64,000 bases of DNA, taken from assembly GCA_030587475.2 (NCBI GenBank), contig JAUQYZ020000114.1, positions 1-64,000 on the forward strand, in the 5' to 3' direction. Below the pieces are notes generated by a model. It was not told the DNA's origin, did not search any database, and saw only the letters and a list, made by a program, of their open reading frames with translations. Positions 1 to 9,099 of the stretch are shown piece after piece (position 1 is the first letter of the stretch; the number at the start of each line of letters is the position of its first letter). Both the position numbers and the translations under genes were made by a program. The DNA is from Candidatus Sigynarchaeum calidifontis (GTDB lineage: Archaea; Asgardarchaeota; Lokiarchaeia; Sigyniarchaeales; Sigyniarchaeaceae).

Positions 1-49
1 GGGTCGTAGTTTCATCAACAAATATTACTCCTAGTATATTAACAAGTAT

Positions 50-478
50 TTGGGTGTCCTTGAATATTTCGCGGATTTCAACAAGGAATTCGATCAGATC
101 ACCTCCGAGTTCTCAAACCTCTTAAAAATGAGCCAGAAGGACTTCGTTTCCGAATACTTCGTCAACGCCGCATCCAACGAGAACATTCGTGGCATGGTCA
201 TCTACGATCTGGTAAAGGACGAGTTCATCGCAAAAGATATCCCGAAGGACATCTCGTCGAAATCTTTTGAATCGTTCAGTGCGATGCTTTTTAGTTTCAT
301 CGAAAAGCTTGGAAAGGAGCTAAAAGCTGGGGAAATCAACGAGGCGTTGTTGCGAGCGGAGAATTATTGGATCGGGGCGTTTAAGAAGGGGAACTATGCC
401 GTCTTCATGCTCTTCTCGCGTGAATTCTTCGGGAAGATCCTCCCCGATTTTGTCACGAAGCCTCTGGAAAAGAAATAA
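50..478 (+). CDS. Roadblock/LC7- or longin-like small protein (Asgard type)
   Basis: 142 aa ORF (TTG start; alternative ATG at 128). Pattern IRGMVIYD...FSAMLFSFIEKLGKELKAGEINEALL...IGAF..G.YAVFMLF fits a roadblock/profilin-like alpha-beta fold. Confidence 0.55.
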   Translation: MGVLEYFADFNKEFDQITSEFSNLLKMSQKDFVSEYFVNAASNENIRGMVIYDLVKDEFIAKDIPKDISSKSFESFSAMLFSFIEKLGKELKAGEINEALLRAENYWIGAFKKGNYAVFMLFSREFFGKILPDFVTKPLEKK

Positions 479-619
479 TCCTCGAAGTAGGTACTTGCGG
501 GGATATGGGTTCACGGGGTGGCTGGGGGGCACCGGCGGAAGCTGGCATTCGCGGCAGCGACGGAAATCGGTAGTTATGGCGGCGATCGAGAGGCTCGCAA
601 GCCTTACATGGTTCTTGAA

Positions 620-1105
620 TCACTTGGAAAGCATTTCCTTGGCCCACGCCTTTGCTTTTTCTACTTGTTTCCCAGTATCTTGATGCACGGGTTCGATAAA
701 CGTTGCATCGCCGAGAATCTCGTTACCATCGAGCTGCTTGCGGAAATTTACCATCGCTTTCTTTGGATCACCTCCACATGACAAGAAAAGGGCCACCTTC
801 TTCCCCACGGGCTTGTGCAGCGTTAAAAATGTCCTGATAGCCGGGCAAAAATTCCACGCCCATACGGGGCCGCCGATGAAGAGGACCTCGTAATCCTTCG
901 GATCTTTGTCGAACGCCTTCAGCTCGGGCTTCTTCCGCATCAAGACATCCTTGCCGCCCCACAAGTACTTGGTCGATTTGCTCGGGTCGATGTCCTTGAT
1001 CGGCTCGAGACGCAATATATCAGCACCCGTGGCACCGGCGATCGCCTCCGCCACGAGCTTTGAGCTTCCTTCCAACGAATAGTAAACAACGAGTGTTTTT
1101 GGCAT
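620..1105 (-). CDS. Flavodoxin family protein
   Basis: KTLVVYYSLEGSSKLVAEAIA FMN-binding loop, GGPVWAW, and KKVALFLSCGG. Start taken at the ATG of MPKTL. Confidence 0.9.
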   Translation of the reverse strand: MPKTLVVYYSLEGSSKLVAEAIAGATGADILRLEPIKDIDPSKSTKYLWGGKDVLMRKKPELKAFDKDPKDYEVLFIGGPVWAWNFCPAIRTFLTLHKPVGKKVALFLSCGGDPKKAMVNFRKQLDGNEILGDATFIEPVHQDTGKQVEKAKAWAKEMLSK

Positions 1106-1329
1106 CTTTGCTAACACCGGATCAGTCGTTACTCTTACCAAGGCATCTCCCGTCCAATAGATATTTGTTTCCCCCTCGACAACACGACGTTTATTGCGAT
1201 ATCGATGGCCTTTATCGACTCGAGCCGCACCATATCCTCGCCTATAGCGCCGCCAATTTTACCATCCTCGTGATCTCCCTCTTTTAACCACCGATAGATA
1301 TTTGTCCCTCTCCTACCGAATAAGAGTCT

Positions 1330-2427
1330 GTGATGATGATGAGCCAGGAGTACAAGTCGAAACTACACGAGATGGTCATGAAGTTTCCCGGGACCACGGA
1401 TTTCTGGAACGACAGCTGCTCGATCAAGGAACTCAAGGAAGCAGTCGATCAAGGTGCCGTGGGTGCCACGTCGAATCCTGTCATCGTCGGTGAAGTCTTA
1501 AAAAAAGAAATGTCAGATTGGGTTGGCCGGATAGACCAGCTCATCAAGGAAAACCCGGAGGCATCGGAGATCGACATCACGTGGAAGGTCAACGAGGAGA
1601 TGGCTGTCAAGGCAGCGAAGCTGCTGGAGCCCGCGTTCGCGCAATACAAGGGAAAGAAAGGTCGCCTGTCGATCCAGACCAACCCCAAGAACTATCGCAA
1701 TCCCAAGGCGCTCGTCGAGCAGGCCGTGCACTTCAACACGCTCGCCCCGAACATGCAAGTCAAGATCCCCGTCACGAAGGCCGGGATCGCGGCTATCGAG
1801 GAGGCCACCTATCAAGGCGTGAGCATCAACGCCACGGTATGCTTCACCGTTCCCCAGGCGATCGCGGTTGCCGAAGCGGTGGAACGGGGTCTCAAGCGTC
1901 GCGAGGCAGAGAAGAAAAGCATCGCCGAGATGGCGCCGGTATGCACGATCATGGTCGGTCGCCTTGATGACTGGTTGAAGGTCGTCGCCAACAAGGAGAA
2001 CATCATCACGGATCCTGCTTACCTGGAATGGGCTGGAATTGCCGTGATGAAAAAAGCTTACAAGATCTACAAGGATCGCCGGTACCGGATTCGGCTCCTC
2101 GCGGCAGCACACCGGAACTACTTCCACTGGGCGGAGTTCATGGGCGGCGACATGGTCATCACGATCACGGCCCAGTGGCAGAAGCGATTCAATGCATCCG
2201 ATGTCGAGATCGCATCCCGCATCTACCACCCTGTCGACCAGCGCGCCATCGACGAGCTCTACAAGAAGTTCAAGGACTTCAAGCGCGCCTACGACGAGGA
2301 TGGCTTGAAGGTCGAGGAATTCGATTCGTTCGGGCCGACCGCGCGGACACTGCGGAGCTTCATCAAGGGTTACGAGGACTTGATGGGCATGATACGCGAC
2401 CGCATGATCCCCGACCCGGACAAGTGA
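1330..2427 (+). CDS. Transaldolase family protein (long type, non-canonical active-site residues)
   Basis: WNDS, GATSNP, VKIP (Schiff-base Lys), INAT and VGRLDD motifs. Confidence 0.88.
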   Translation: MMMMSQEYKSKLHEMVMKFPGTTDFWNDSCSIKELKEAVDQGAVGATSNPVIVGEVLKKEMSDWVGRIDQLIKENPEASEIDITWKVNEEMAVKAAKLLEPAFAQYKGKKGRLSIQTNPKNYRNPKALVEQAVHFNTLAPNMQVKIPVTKAGIAAIEEATYQGVSINATVCFTVPQAIAVAEAVERGLKRREAEKKSIAEMAPVCTIMVGRLDDWLKVVANKENIITDPAYLEWAGIAVMKKAYKIYKDRRYRIRLLAAAHRNYFHWAEFMGGDMVITITAQWQKRFNASDVEIASRIYHPVDQRAIDELYKKFKDFKRAYDEDGLKVEEFDSFGPTARTLRSFIKGYEDLMGMIRDRMIPDPDK

Positions 2428-2456
2428 TCCAAGGAGAAAAAATGAAATAGGAACGT

Positions 2457-3938
2457 TCAATCCCATTCTATTTTCGTGGACCCGTGGAACCGCTCGATGA
2501 TCACGTGGGCTTGCGTGAAAAACTCGACGGCCTCTCGACCTTGGGCTCGTAGCGTTCCGAAAAAAGAATCCTTTGCACCAGCAAAAGGGAACCACGCGAG
2601 CGGGGCAACGATGCCGATGTTGATGCCCACGTTCCCCGCCTGCACCTCGTGGCGGAAGTGCCTCGCGTTCTCGCCGCTCTCCGTGTAGATGGTCGTCGCG
2701 TTGCCGCGCGGGTCGGCGTTGAGCATGGCGATGGCCTCGTCGAGCGTGTCGACGCGGTGGAGGGAGGCGACGGGGCCAAATATCTCCTCTTGCATGAAGT
2801 AATTGCCGGGCTTCACGTTCTCGAAGATGCACGGGCCGAGGAAATATCCTTTTTCAAAGCCCGGTACCTTGATGCCGCGCCCGTCGAGGACCAGCGTGCC
2901 CCCGCCGTCGATCACCTTCTGGATCTGCTGGAGGAGCTTGTCGAGATTTTTTCTTGCCGAAACAGGTCCCATGAAAGAGCTCTTGTCCATGCCATATCCC
3001 ACCTTCAAGGACTTGGCAGCATCTATGAACTTTTTCTTGAACGTGTCATAGAACGCTGCATTGCCGACGATGACCACGTGCTTCCCTGCCAGGCAGCGCT
3101 GGCCCGAGTTGCCGTAGATCGAGTTCATCATGTTCGGCATGATCTTGTCGATGTTGGCCGTGTGGTCGACGACGAGGAAATTGTTCGCTCCGCCGTGGCA
3201 CTGGGCGCGTTTCCCGAGGCCCGTGGCCTTGGTATAGATGGCCTTGGCGACGGGCGTCGAGCCAACGCTCGAAACGCCTTTCACGTCCGGGTGCTCGATG
3301 AGCGCCGTGCCCACGTCGACCCCTCCATGGATTAAGTTGATGACTCCGGGGGGGAACCCGGCCTTGTCGATGCATGTCTCGAAGACGCGCTGCATGGGAA
3401 CGGGGGTTTGCTCGTTGGACTTGATGATGTAGGTGTTCCCCGCCGCGACGGCGAACGGCATGAACCAGAACGGGATCATGACCGGGAAGTTAAACGGCGG
3501 AATCATGACAAAAACGCCAAGCGGTTCCCGGGTCGTGTATTCGTCGATGCCGAGCGCGATGTCCTCCATGAACTCGCCCTTCTGCAGCTCGGGCACGGCG
3601 ATCGCCGCCTCGCACATCTGGTAAGCCCGAACGACCTCGCCCTCGGCAGCGTCCCACTCCTTGCCGTGGTTTTGCACCGTGATCTCCGTGAGCGCTTTGA
3701 TGTTTTCCTTGAGTAGCCCTTGCAGCTTCAAGATGGGCTGTATCCGCTGGATGCCCGGCGTGTTGCGCCACGCGGGAAAGGCAGCTTTCGCGGCCGAGAC
3801 GGCTGCTGCGACTTCCTCCTTCGTGGACATGGGCACCTTTGCGATGGGTTCGTCTTTCGCGGGGTTCATGGCATCGAGAAACGTCGTCGCCTTGGATTCC
3901 ACGAATTTCCCGCCGATGTAGTTTTTCAAGGTCTCCAT
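2457..3938 (-). CDS. mmsA: CoA-acylating methylmalonate/malonate-semialdehyde dehydrogenase (ALDH family)
   Basis: PFNFP, SVGSTPVA, GQRCLA (catalytic Cys), EEIFGPV and GINIGIVAPLAWFPFAG. The general-base Glu of hydrolytic ALDHs is absent, as in MmsA/IolA. Confidence 0.85.
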   Translation of the reverse strand: METLKNYIGGKFVESKATTFLDAMNPAKDEPIAKVPMSTKEEVAAAVSAAKAAFPAWRNTPGIQRIQPILKLQGLLKENIKALTEITVQNHGKEWDAAEGEVVRAYQMCEAAIAVPELQKGEFMEDIALGIDEYTTREPLGVFVMIPPFNFPVMIPFWFMPFAVAAGNTYIIKSNEQTPVPMQRVFETCIDKAGFPPGVINLIHGGVDVGTALIEHPDVKGVSSVGSTPVAKAIYTKATGLGKRAQCHGGANNFLVVDHTANIDKIMPNMMNSIYGNSGQRCLAGKHVVIVGNAAFYDTFKKKFIDAAKSLKVGYGMDKSSFMGPVSARKNLDKLLQQIQKVIDGGGTLVLDGRGIKVPGFEKGYFLGPCIFENVKPGNYFMQEEIFGPVASLHRVDTLDEAIAMLNADPRGNATTIYTESGENARHFRHEVQAGNVGINIGIVAPLAWFPFAGAKDSFFGTLRAQGREAVEFFTQAHVIIERFHGSTKIEWD

Positions 3939-4006
3939 TTCGTATCACGAAAAAAATGATCAGACAATCTAATACAGCCCATCGATCAATATCTATGTTG
4001 ATCGGG

Positions 4007-4504
4007 ATGAGACGACTCTATCTGGCAAATAGCCTCGGGTTTAGTTCGTTGACAAGCCCCGCAATCGCGGCGATCGCAGCGCGGCTGGAGCGCGAGGGCT
4101 TCGAGGTCTTCGAGCCGTTCACGGCGAACAAGGATCTCGGCGCGGAGATCGCCAGGTTGCAATCAACCGAGAAAGACTTCAACGTTCTGAAAAATAGACT
4201 CCGGGCAATCAGTGAAGAGATCGGGAGGCGAAATGCGGGCGCGATCGAGAGATCAACAGACGTGATCGCGATCCTGGATGGCGGACTTGACGTGGACTCT
4301 GGCGTCGCGGCGGAGATCGGCTACGCTGCAGGCAAGGGCAAGCGGGTCTTCGGGCTGCGGACCGACTTCCGAACCGGCGGGGACAACCCTGGCTCGACCA
4401 TCAACCTCCAGGTCGAGCATTTCATCGCCGCAACCGGCGGCTCGATCGCCCCGGACGTCGAAACGTTGATCGGATTGATGAGCAAGGCACGTGCCGCGAA
4501 ATGA
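4007..4504 (+). CDS. Nucleoside 2-deoxyribosyltransferase family protein
   Basis: LYLA..LGFS, FEVFEPF and DG..DVDSGVAAEIGYA..GK..FGLRTDFR signature. Start at the ATG of MRRLYLA. Confidence 0.85.
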   Translation: MRRLYLANSLGFSSLTSPAIAAIAARLEREGFEVFEPFTANKDLGAEIARLQSTEKDFNVLKNRLRAISEEIGRRNAGAIERSTDVIAILDGGLDVDSGVAAEIGYAAGKGKRVFGLRTDFRTGGDNPGSTINLQVEHFIAATGGSIAPDVETLIGLMSKARAAK

Positions 4505-4773
4505 AGTGCATGGTTATCTTTCTTGAGATCATAGCTCGAAATTTTTGCTCAAAAAGGGCGATTGCCCGAAATATTAACATCAGCGCGGCAAGAAGAGTAT
4601 ATGTTTAAAGCTTAAAAACAAGGGGTAGCACTATTCTTTCAACCAGAACCGGATCTTCGTATAACGTGATCCGGGTTCTTGTCAAGATTGATTTCGACAT
4701 GGATCAAGGAGCGGAGTAATATAATGCCCCGAATTTCATTGTCGATGATCCACATCAAGGAGAACGAATAGCA

Positions 4774-7443
4774 ATGCCAAGAGACGGAGAAGGGTTCATT
4801 CAAAAACTCACGGGGCACGGGACGCTGCAGCAGCGCATCATGAAAACGATCTTGATCTGCGTCTTGATCCCGATGGGTGTCCTTGCAGGGATAGCGATAA
4901 TTCAGATTTCTCCCCTCACCGCAAACATCGGCACGCAAGGTACCTCCTCCATCGAGGAAGAGGGCTTCAAGGCCTTGAAAATCAGCTCGATCGATGCGGG
5001 AAAATGGGTGAAGGCAGAAATCGACCAGGCGAGGAACGATCTCGTGCGCCTCGTGGAAAACGAGCTGTCCATCTTTAATGGCACATACGCCATCACGGAA
5101 ACGCGACCCTCCTACCACGCCAACGGGCCTTTGACAGCCCTTCCATCGGCGAGGTACGGCGGCAAGCTCGTGAATTTCGACTATTCCGATTGGGCAAATA
5201 CCACGACCGTGAGTCCTGCAATGCAAGACACGGTCAATAAATCTGCCTACCTGGATTATGCCATGAAAGGAATGTGCAATAACACGAGCTACATGACCAT
5301 CACGCAGGTCTTTCCGAACGGTATCTCGCGGGTCTACCCTTACATCAACAACAGCCGGTCTCTCGTCCAGGACCTCAGCGCGGAAAGCTGGTATCAGATC
5401 GCAGCCGGATTATCTTCGGGCTCGGTCTTTGTCGGCGCGAGCCACGTGAGGACGTTCGGAACCGTGACTTTTCCGGCCATATACATCGCCATGCCTATAC
5501 GTAGTGGCGTGAGCGCGGCAATCGGAGTCATCGCCATCGAGTACCGCTTGACGGCACTACGTAATTACTTGAACAGCATCGTCATCCAGGAAAGTGGCTT
5601 TGTTACACTGGTCGATTCCGCCAAGGATGTCTTGTCTTATCCAGGCATGGCTGAAAACGAGGCAAGAGACGAACTGGCTGACAAGTTTGGGGTCTCGTCT
5701 TCCGCTGCATGGACCGCGTTGACCACCATTGCAATATCCGGCTCGACCGGAACGGGGCTCTTCACGAATTCGAGCAAGCAATGGACGATGGGTTATGCAC
5801 CTGTCGGTGCCGGGCACATGTACGTGTTTTCCAACTTGTACATGCTGTCATTCGTGCCCTACTCTGAGATCATCACGCCGGGCTTGCAATTAAAAGCGAC
5901 CTTGTCAAACCTCAACATGATTGCCATTATAGTGTTCATCGGGATCGCGGCGGCGATCTTCGTTGTCATGTATCTTCTGGTGATTCGCGTTTCGAAGTCG
6001 ATCACTCGACCCATCGTCGCGCTGACGAGCGCTATCGAAAACATGACCAAGGGAGATCTCACGAACGAGATCCCGTTGGATGCAAAGTCCCGTGGCGACG
6101 AGCTCGGAACGCTAGCCATGTCATTCCAGAACTTGCTCACGACCATGCGCCTCGGCAACAAGAGCTATTACCGCGGCGACATGTCCCTCGCGTACACGAA
6201 TTACAAGGCCGCCCTGGAGCTCTTCGAGACCACGAACAACTTGCGCGGGCAAGCCATGTCCCACAACAACCTCGGCAACATCTACCGGCAATGGGGCGAT
6301 TACGACAAGGCCAAGGAGTCTTACGACAAGGCGATCCAGATAGGTGAATCGCAATCCGACCATGCGGGTCTCGCAGCGCGATACAACAACCGCGGCCTGC
6401 TTTTCCTCGCCGAGGAAAACTACGATGCCGCGAAAGCGGACTTCGACCGTGCCATGCAGATCGACAAGGAGCTCGGCGACGAGAAAGGCATCGCGACTCG
6501 CAACCGGAACCTCGGTATCTTGAACATACTACGGCAGCAGTGGAAGCTCGCCCAGAAATACCTGGAGGAAGCACTCAAGATCGATAGCGACCTCGGTAAC
6601 GAGGCCGGGATCGCAGATGACGAGTTCCAGTTGGGTCGCCTCGCTCATTCCACGAACGATCTAGAGGGCGCGGAGTCACATTACAAAAAAGCCCTCAAGT
6701 CCGCGCAAGGCCTACAAAATTACCCGCTCATGAAGAACGTGCTGGGGCAAATGGTCAAGCTATATGACTCGATGGATTCGACCACCGCCCTGCACAAGGC
6801 CGAAGCGGAGCTCGCCAAGGTCAACGCGATGCTCGTCAAGCCCAAGGAGGTCGTGTTCGTCATGGACCAGTCAGGCTCGATGCAAGCCGAGGGCAAGATG
6901 ACGGCATCGCGGAGCGGCGCCCTGGAGGTCTTCGAGGAGACGATCAACATCGGCGACGAGGTCGCAATCATCGGGTTCCATTCGATCATCAACCCGCTCC
7001 TCCCGCTCACGCGCAAGCAAGGCACGGACATCGCAAAGATCAAGGGAACGCTCCTCAACCTCGATAGCACGCCATACCAAACGGCTTTCTACGATGCGGT
7101 TGCCTACGCGATCGAGATGCTCAAGACGACGCCTCCCGAGAAGCAGCGCTGGATCGTGGCCTTGACCGACGGGCAAGACAACATGTCCAAGCAATACAAC
7201 CCGAACACCCTCGCCAAGCTCATCAAAGGCATCAGCCCGCCTCTTAACTTCGTGCTGATCGGGGTCGGCTCGGAACTGAAGATGGTGCACAACGAGATGA
7301 CGCAGATTTCAGAAGCAACTCCGCGTGGAAAATACATTAAAATCTATTCCGCGAAAAACGTGAAGAAAGCAATCGAGGATGCCTTCCAGAAAGTGAAAGA
7401 AATCATGGCTTCCTCGGAGATCGAGGGCTTCACGCCCGAGTGA
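4774..7443 (+). CDS. Membrane receptor: TM-dCache-TM-HAMP-TPR repeats-vWA
   Basis: Two TM helices flank an extracellular Cache-like region (SWY...IGVIAIEY...SGFVTLVD). HAMP: ITRPIVAL...GDL...DELGTLA.SF. About 5-6 TPRs (NNLGNIY, NNRG, NLG, QLG). vWA with intact MIDAS: DQSGS, QTAFYDA, LTDG. Confidence 0.85.
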   Translation: MPRDGEGFIQKLTGHGTLQQRIMKTILICVLIPMGVLAGIAIIQISPLTANIGTQGTSSIEEEGFKALKISSIDAGKWVKAEIDQARNDLVRLVENELSIFNGTYAITETRPSYHANGPLTALPSARYGGKLVNFDYSDWANTTTVSPAMQDTVNKSAYLDYAMKGMCNNTSYMTITQVFPNGISRVYPYINNSRSLVQDLSAESWYQIAAGLSSGSVFVGASHVRTFGTVTFPAIYIAMPIRSGVSAAIGVIAIEYRLTALRNYLNSIVIQESGFVTLVDSAKDVLSYPGMAENEARDELADKFGVSSSAAWTALTTIAISGSTGTGLFTNSSKQWTMGYAPVGAGHMYVFSNLYMLSFVPYSEIITPGLQLKATLSNLNMIAIIVFIGIAAAIFVVMYLLVIRVSKSITRPIVALTSAIENMTKGDLTNEIPLDAKSRGDELGTLAMSFQNLLTTMRLGNKSYYRGDMSLAYTNYKAALELFETTNNLRGQAMSHNNLGNIYRQWGDYDKAKESYDKAIQIGESQSDHAGLAARYNNRGLLFLAEENYDAAKADFDRAMQIDKELGDEKGIATRNRNLGILNILRQQWKLAQKYLEEALKIDSDLGNEAGIADDEFQLGRLAHSTNDLEGAESHYKKALKSAQGLQNYPLMKNVLGQMVKLYDSMDSTTALHKAEAELAKVNAMLVKPKEVVFVMDQSGSMQAEGKMTASRSGALEVFEETINIGDEVAIIGFHSIINPLLPLTRKQGTDIAKIKGTLLNLDSTPYQTAFYDAVAYAIEMLKTTPPEKQRWIVALTDGQDNMSKQYNPNTLAKLIKGISPPLNFVLIGVGSELKMVHNEMTQISEATPRGKYIKIYSAKNVKKAIEDAFQKVKEIMASSEIEGFTPE

Positions 7444-7453
7444 GAACGGAGGG

Positions 7454-9019
7454 ATGAGCATGAGCATACCCCAGAAACAGAAACAAAAAAAGAGCCTGCG
7501 AGCGCAGATCCTCACGACCTACGCGCTGTTCAGCATCATCGCCCTCGGCAGTATCGCGGCAGTAGCGGGCAGTTTCATCGGAGTGGTAGGTACGACCGCA
7601 TCGAGCCAGACGAGCGCGACGCTCACGCAGCAAGTACAAGGTAGCATGAGGGATCAAGCACGTGCAACGGCCCAAATCATCGAGAACCAGCTACAAGATG
7701 CTGTCTACGACCTAGAATCGCTCGCCGTGTACGTTGAGCGGCTTTGGGCAGTGCCGCGTGCCGAGCTCGGCACTCGCCCGTCCTATTATCACATGGCGCA
7801 TGTAGACACGACCATGGAAGCAGAGAACGGGACCATCATTCCCGTGATCGTGAACGGCTCCGCGCTCGGGGCCCCCTTGAATTTCCCTGCGAACCGCCCT
7901 CCGGATGCAGCCTATTCCAGCCGGTATGACATGAACGTGTCGTTCACCTACTCCCACTACCTCGTCTTCCCCGCGGCATTGGCGGCAATGGGTAACAGCC
8001 CCAGCGGGATGAGCCCGACGTTCAAGGACGCGGTGGAGCGATCGGCATTTCTCGACATCCCGATGAGTTCTCTCATGAAAACCAAGCCACAATACACGTG
8101 GATCTACATGGAATTCGCGATCGGGCTCGACCGCTGCATGCCATGGCACGACACGGAATATTTTATCTTCCCGTGGTACATCGAGAACTCGCCAGTTGGC
8201 CTGGATCTCCGCGAAGAGGCTTACTACACGGATGCAGTGGCAGCCAATGGTGCCGTGCAATGGACACCCCCTTACAACGATCCAAGCGGTCAAGGCTTCA
8301 TGATCACGATCTCCCGCGCCGTGTATAACGGCAGCAATCTCATCGGCGTGCTGTGCATGGACCTCACGATCAACACGGTCACCCAGCTGGTGAGCGCCTT
8401 CAAGCCCACGACCAACGGCTACGCGTTCTTGATCGACGAATTTGGTTTCGTCGTTTCCCACCCGGCTTACACGGCGAGCCCCACGGACGAATCTGGCCCG
8501 GCGATCGAGACGCTCGAGCCCGCGATACCCGCGGCCTCGGTCGTGGCCATGCGCAATGGACAGAACGGTTTTATCGAGATCACGAAAGGCGGCAAGGAAT
8601 GGTACCTCGCGTATAACCCTGTTCCCATATCCAGTTATTCCGTTGGCGTGCTCGTCCCTAAAGAGGATATCCTCGCGCCGGTGCGAGCACTGGAGCAGCA
8701 AGTAGCTATCAATCTCGGGATACAGCTCTTCGTGATGCTAGGCATCGTCGCGGTCATCTTGATCTTCTCGCTCTGGATCGGTATCAGCATTGCAAATTCC
8801 GTAGTGAAACCCATCCAAAAGCTCACGGACATGGCACTAAAGTTATCTACAGAGGACATCAAGCAGACGGCAGTGTCGCGCGACATCGGTACGACCTTGG
8901 ATCGCGAGCTGGAGGAAAAAGACGACGAGATTGGTAGCCTTACCAAGGCATTCAAGGGGTTGGTCAAGGCTGTCCAGGAGGAAGGCAAGAAAGAGGCCAA
9001 GGAAGGCAAGGGGGCATGA
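7454..9019 (+). CDS. Membrane dCache-HAMP receptor with no cytoplasmic output domain
   Basis: TM, dCache motifs (WTPPYND, ITISRAVY, IGVLCMDL, GYAFLID..G.VVSHP), TM, HAMP (VVKPIQKL...DEIGSLTKAF), then a short charged tail. SD-like GGAGG in the 10-nt gap upstream. Confidence 0.85.
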   Translation: MSMSIPQKQKQKKSLRAQILTTYALFSIIALGSIAAVAGSFIGVVGTTASSQTSATLTQQVQGSMRDQARATAQIIENQLQDAVYDLESLAVYVERLWAVPRAELGTRPSYYHMAHVDTTMEAENGTIIPVIVNGSALGAPLNFPANRPPDAAYSSRYDMNVSFTYSHYLVFPAALAAMGNSPSGMSPTFKDAVERSAFLDIPMSSLMKTKPQYTWIYMEFAIGLDRCMPWHDTEYFIFPWYIENSPVGLDLREEAYYTDAVAANGAVQWTPPYNDPSGQGFMITISRAVYNGSNLIGVLCMDLTINTVTQLVSAFKPTTNGYAFLIDEFGFVVSHPAYTASPTDESGPAIETLEPAIPAASVVAMRNGQNGFIEITKGGKEWYLAYNPVPISSYSVGVLVPKEDILAPVRALEQQVAINLGIQLFVMLGIVAVILIFSLWIGISIANSVVKPIQKLTDMALKLSTEDIKQTAVSRDIGTTLDRELEEKDDEIGSLTKAFKGLVKAVQEEGKKEAKEGKGA

Positions 9020-9020
9020 G

Positions 9021-9046
9021 CTTTTTATCCCCTTTTTTTCTTTTAT
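9021..9046 (+). terminator. Oligo-T tract, probable archaeal intrinsic terminator of the receptor pair
   Basis: CTTTTTATCCCCTTTTTTTCTTTTAT immediately after the stop at 9019. Confidence 0.45.
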
Positions 9047-9099
9047 GCTCACGAGTATAATGACATGTTTCGATGAATCGACGACCAAGAAGAGCGGCA

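Noticed and set aside
479-619. G-rich spacer between convergent genes as a possible ncRNA (5S, SRP, tRNA)
   Set aside because: No cloverleaf or conserved rRNA/SRP motifs were recognisable on either strand.
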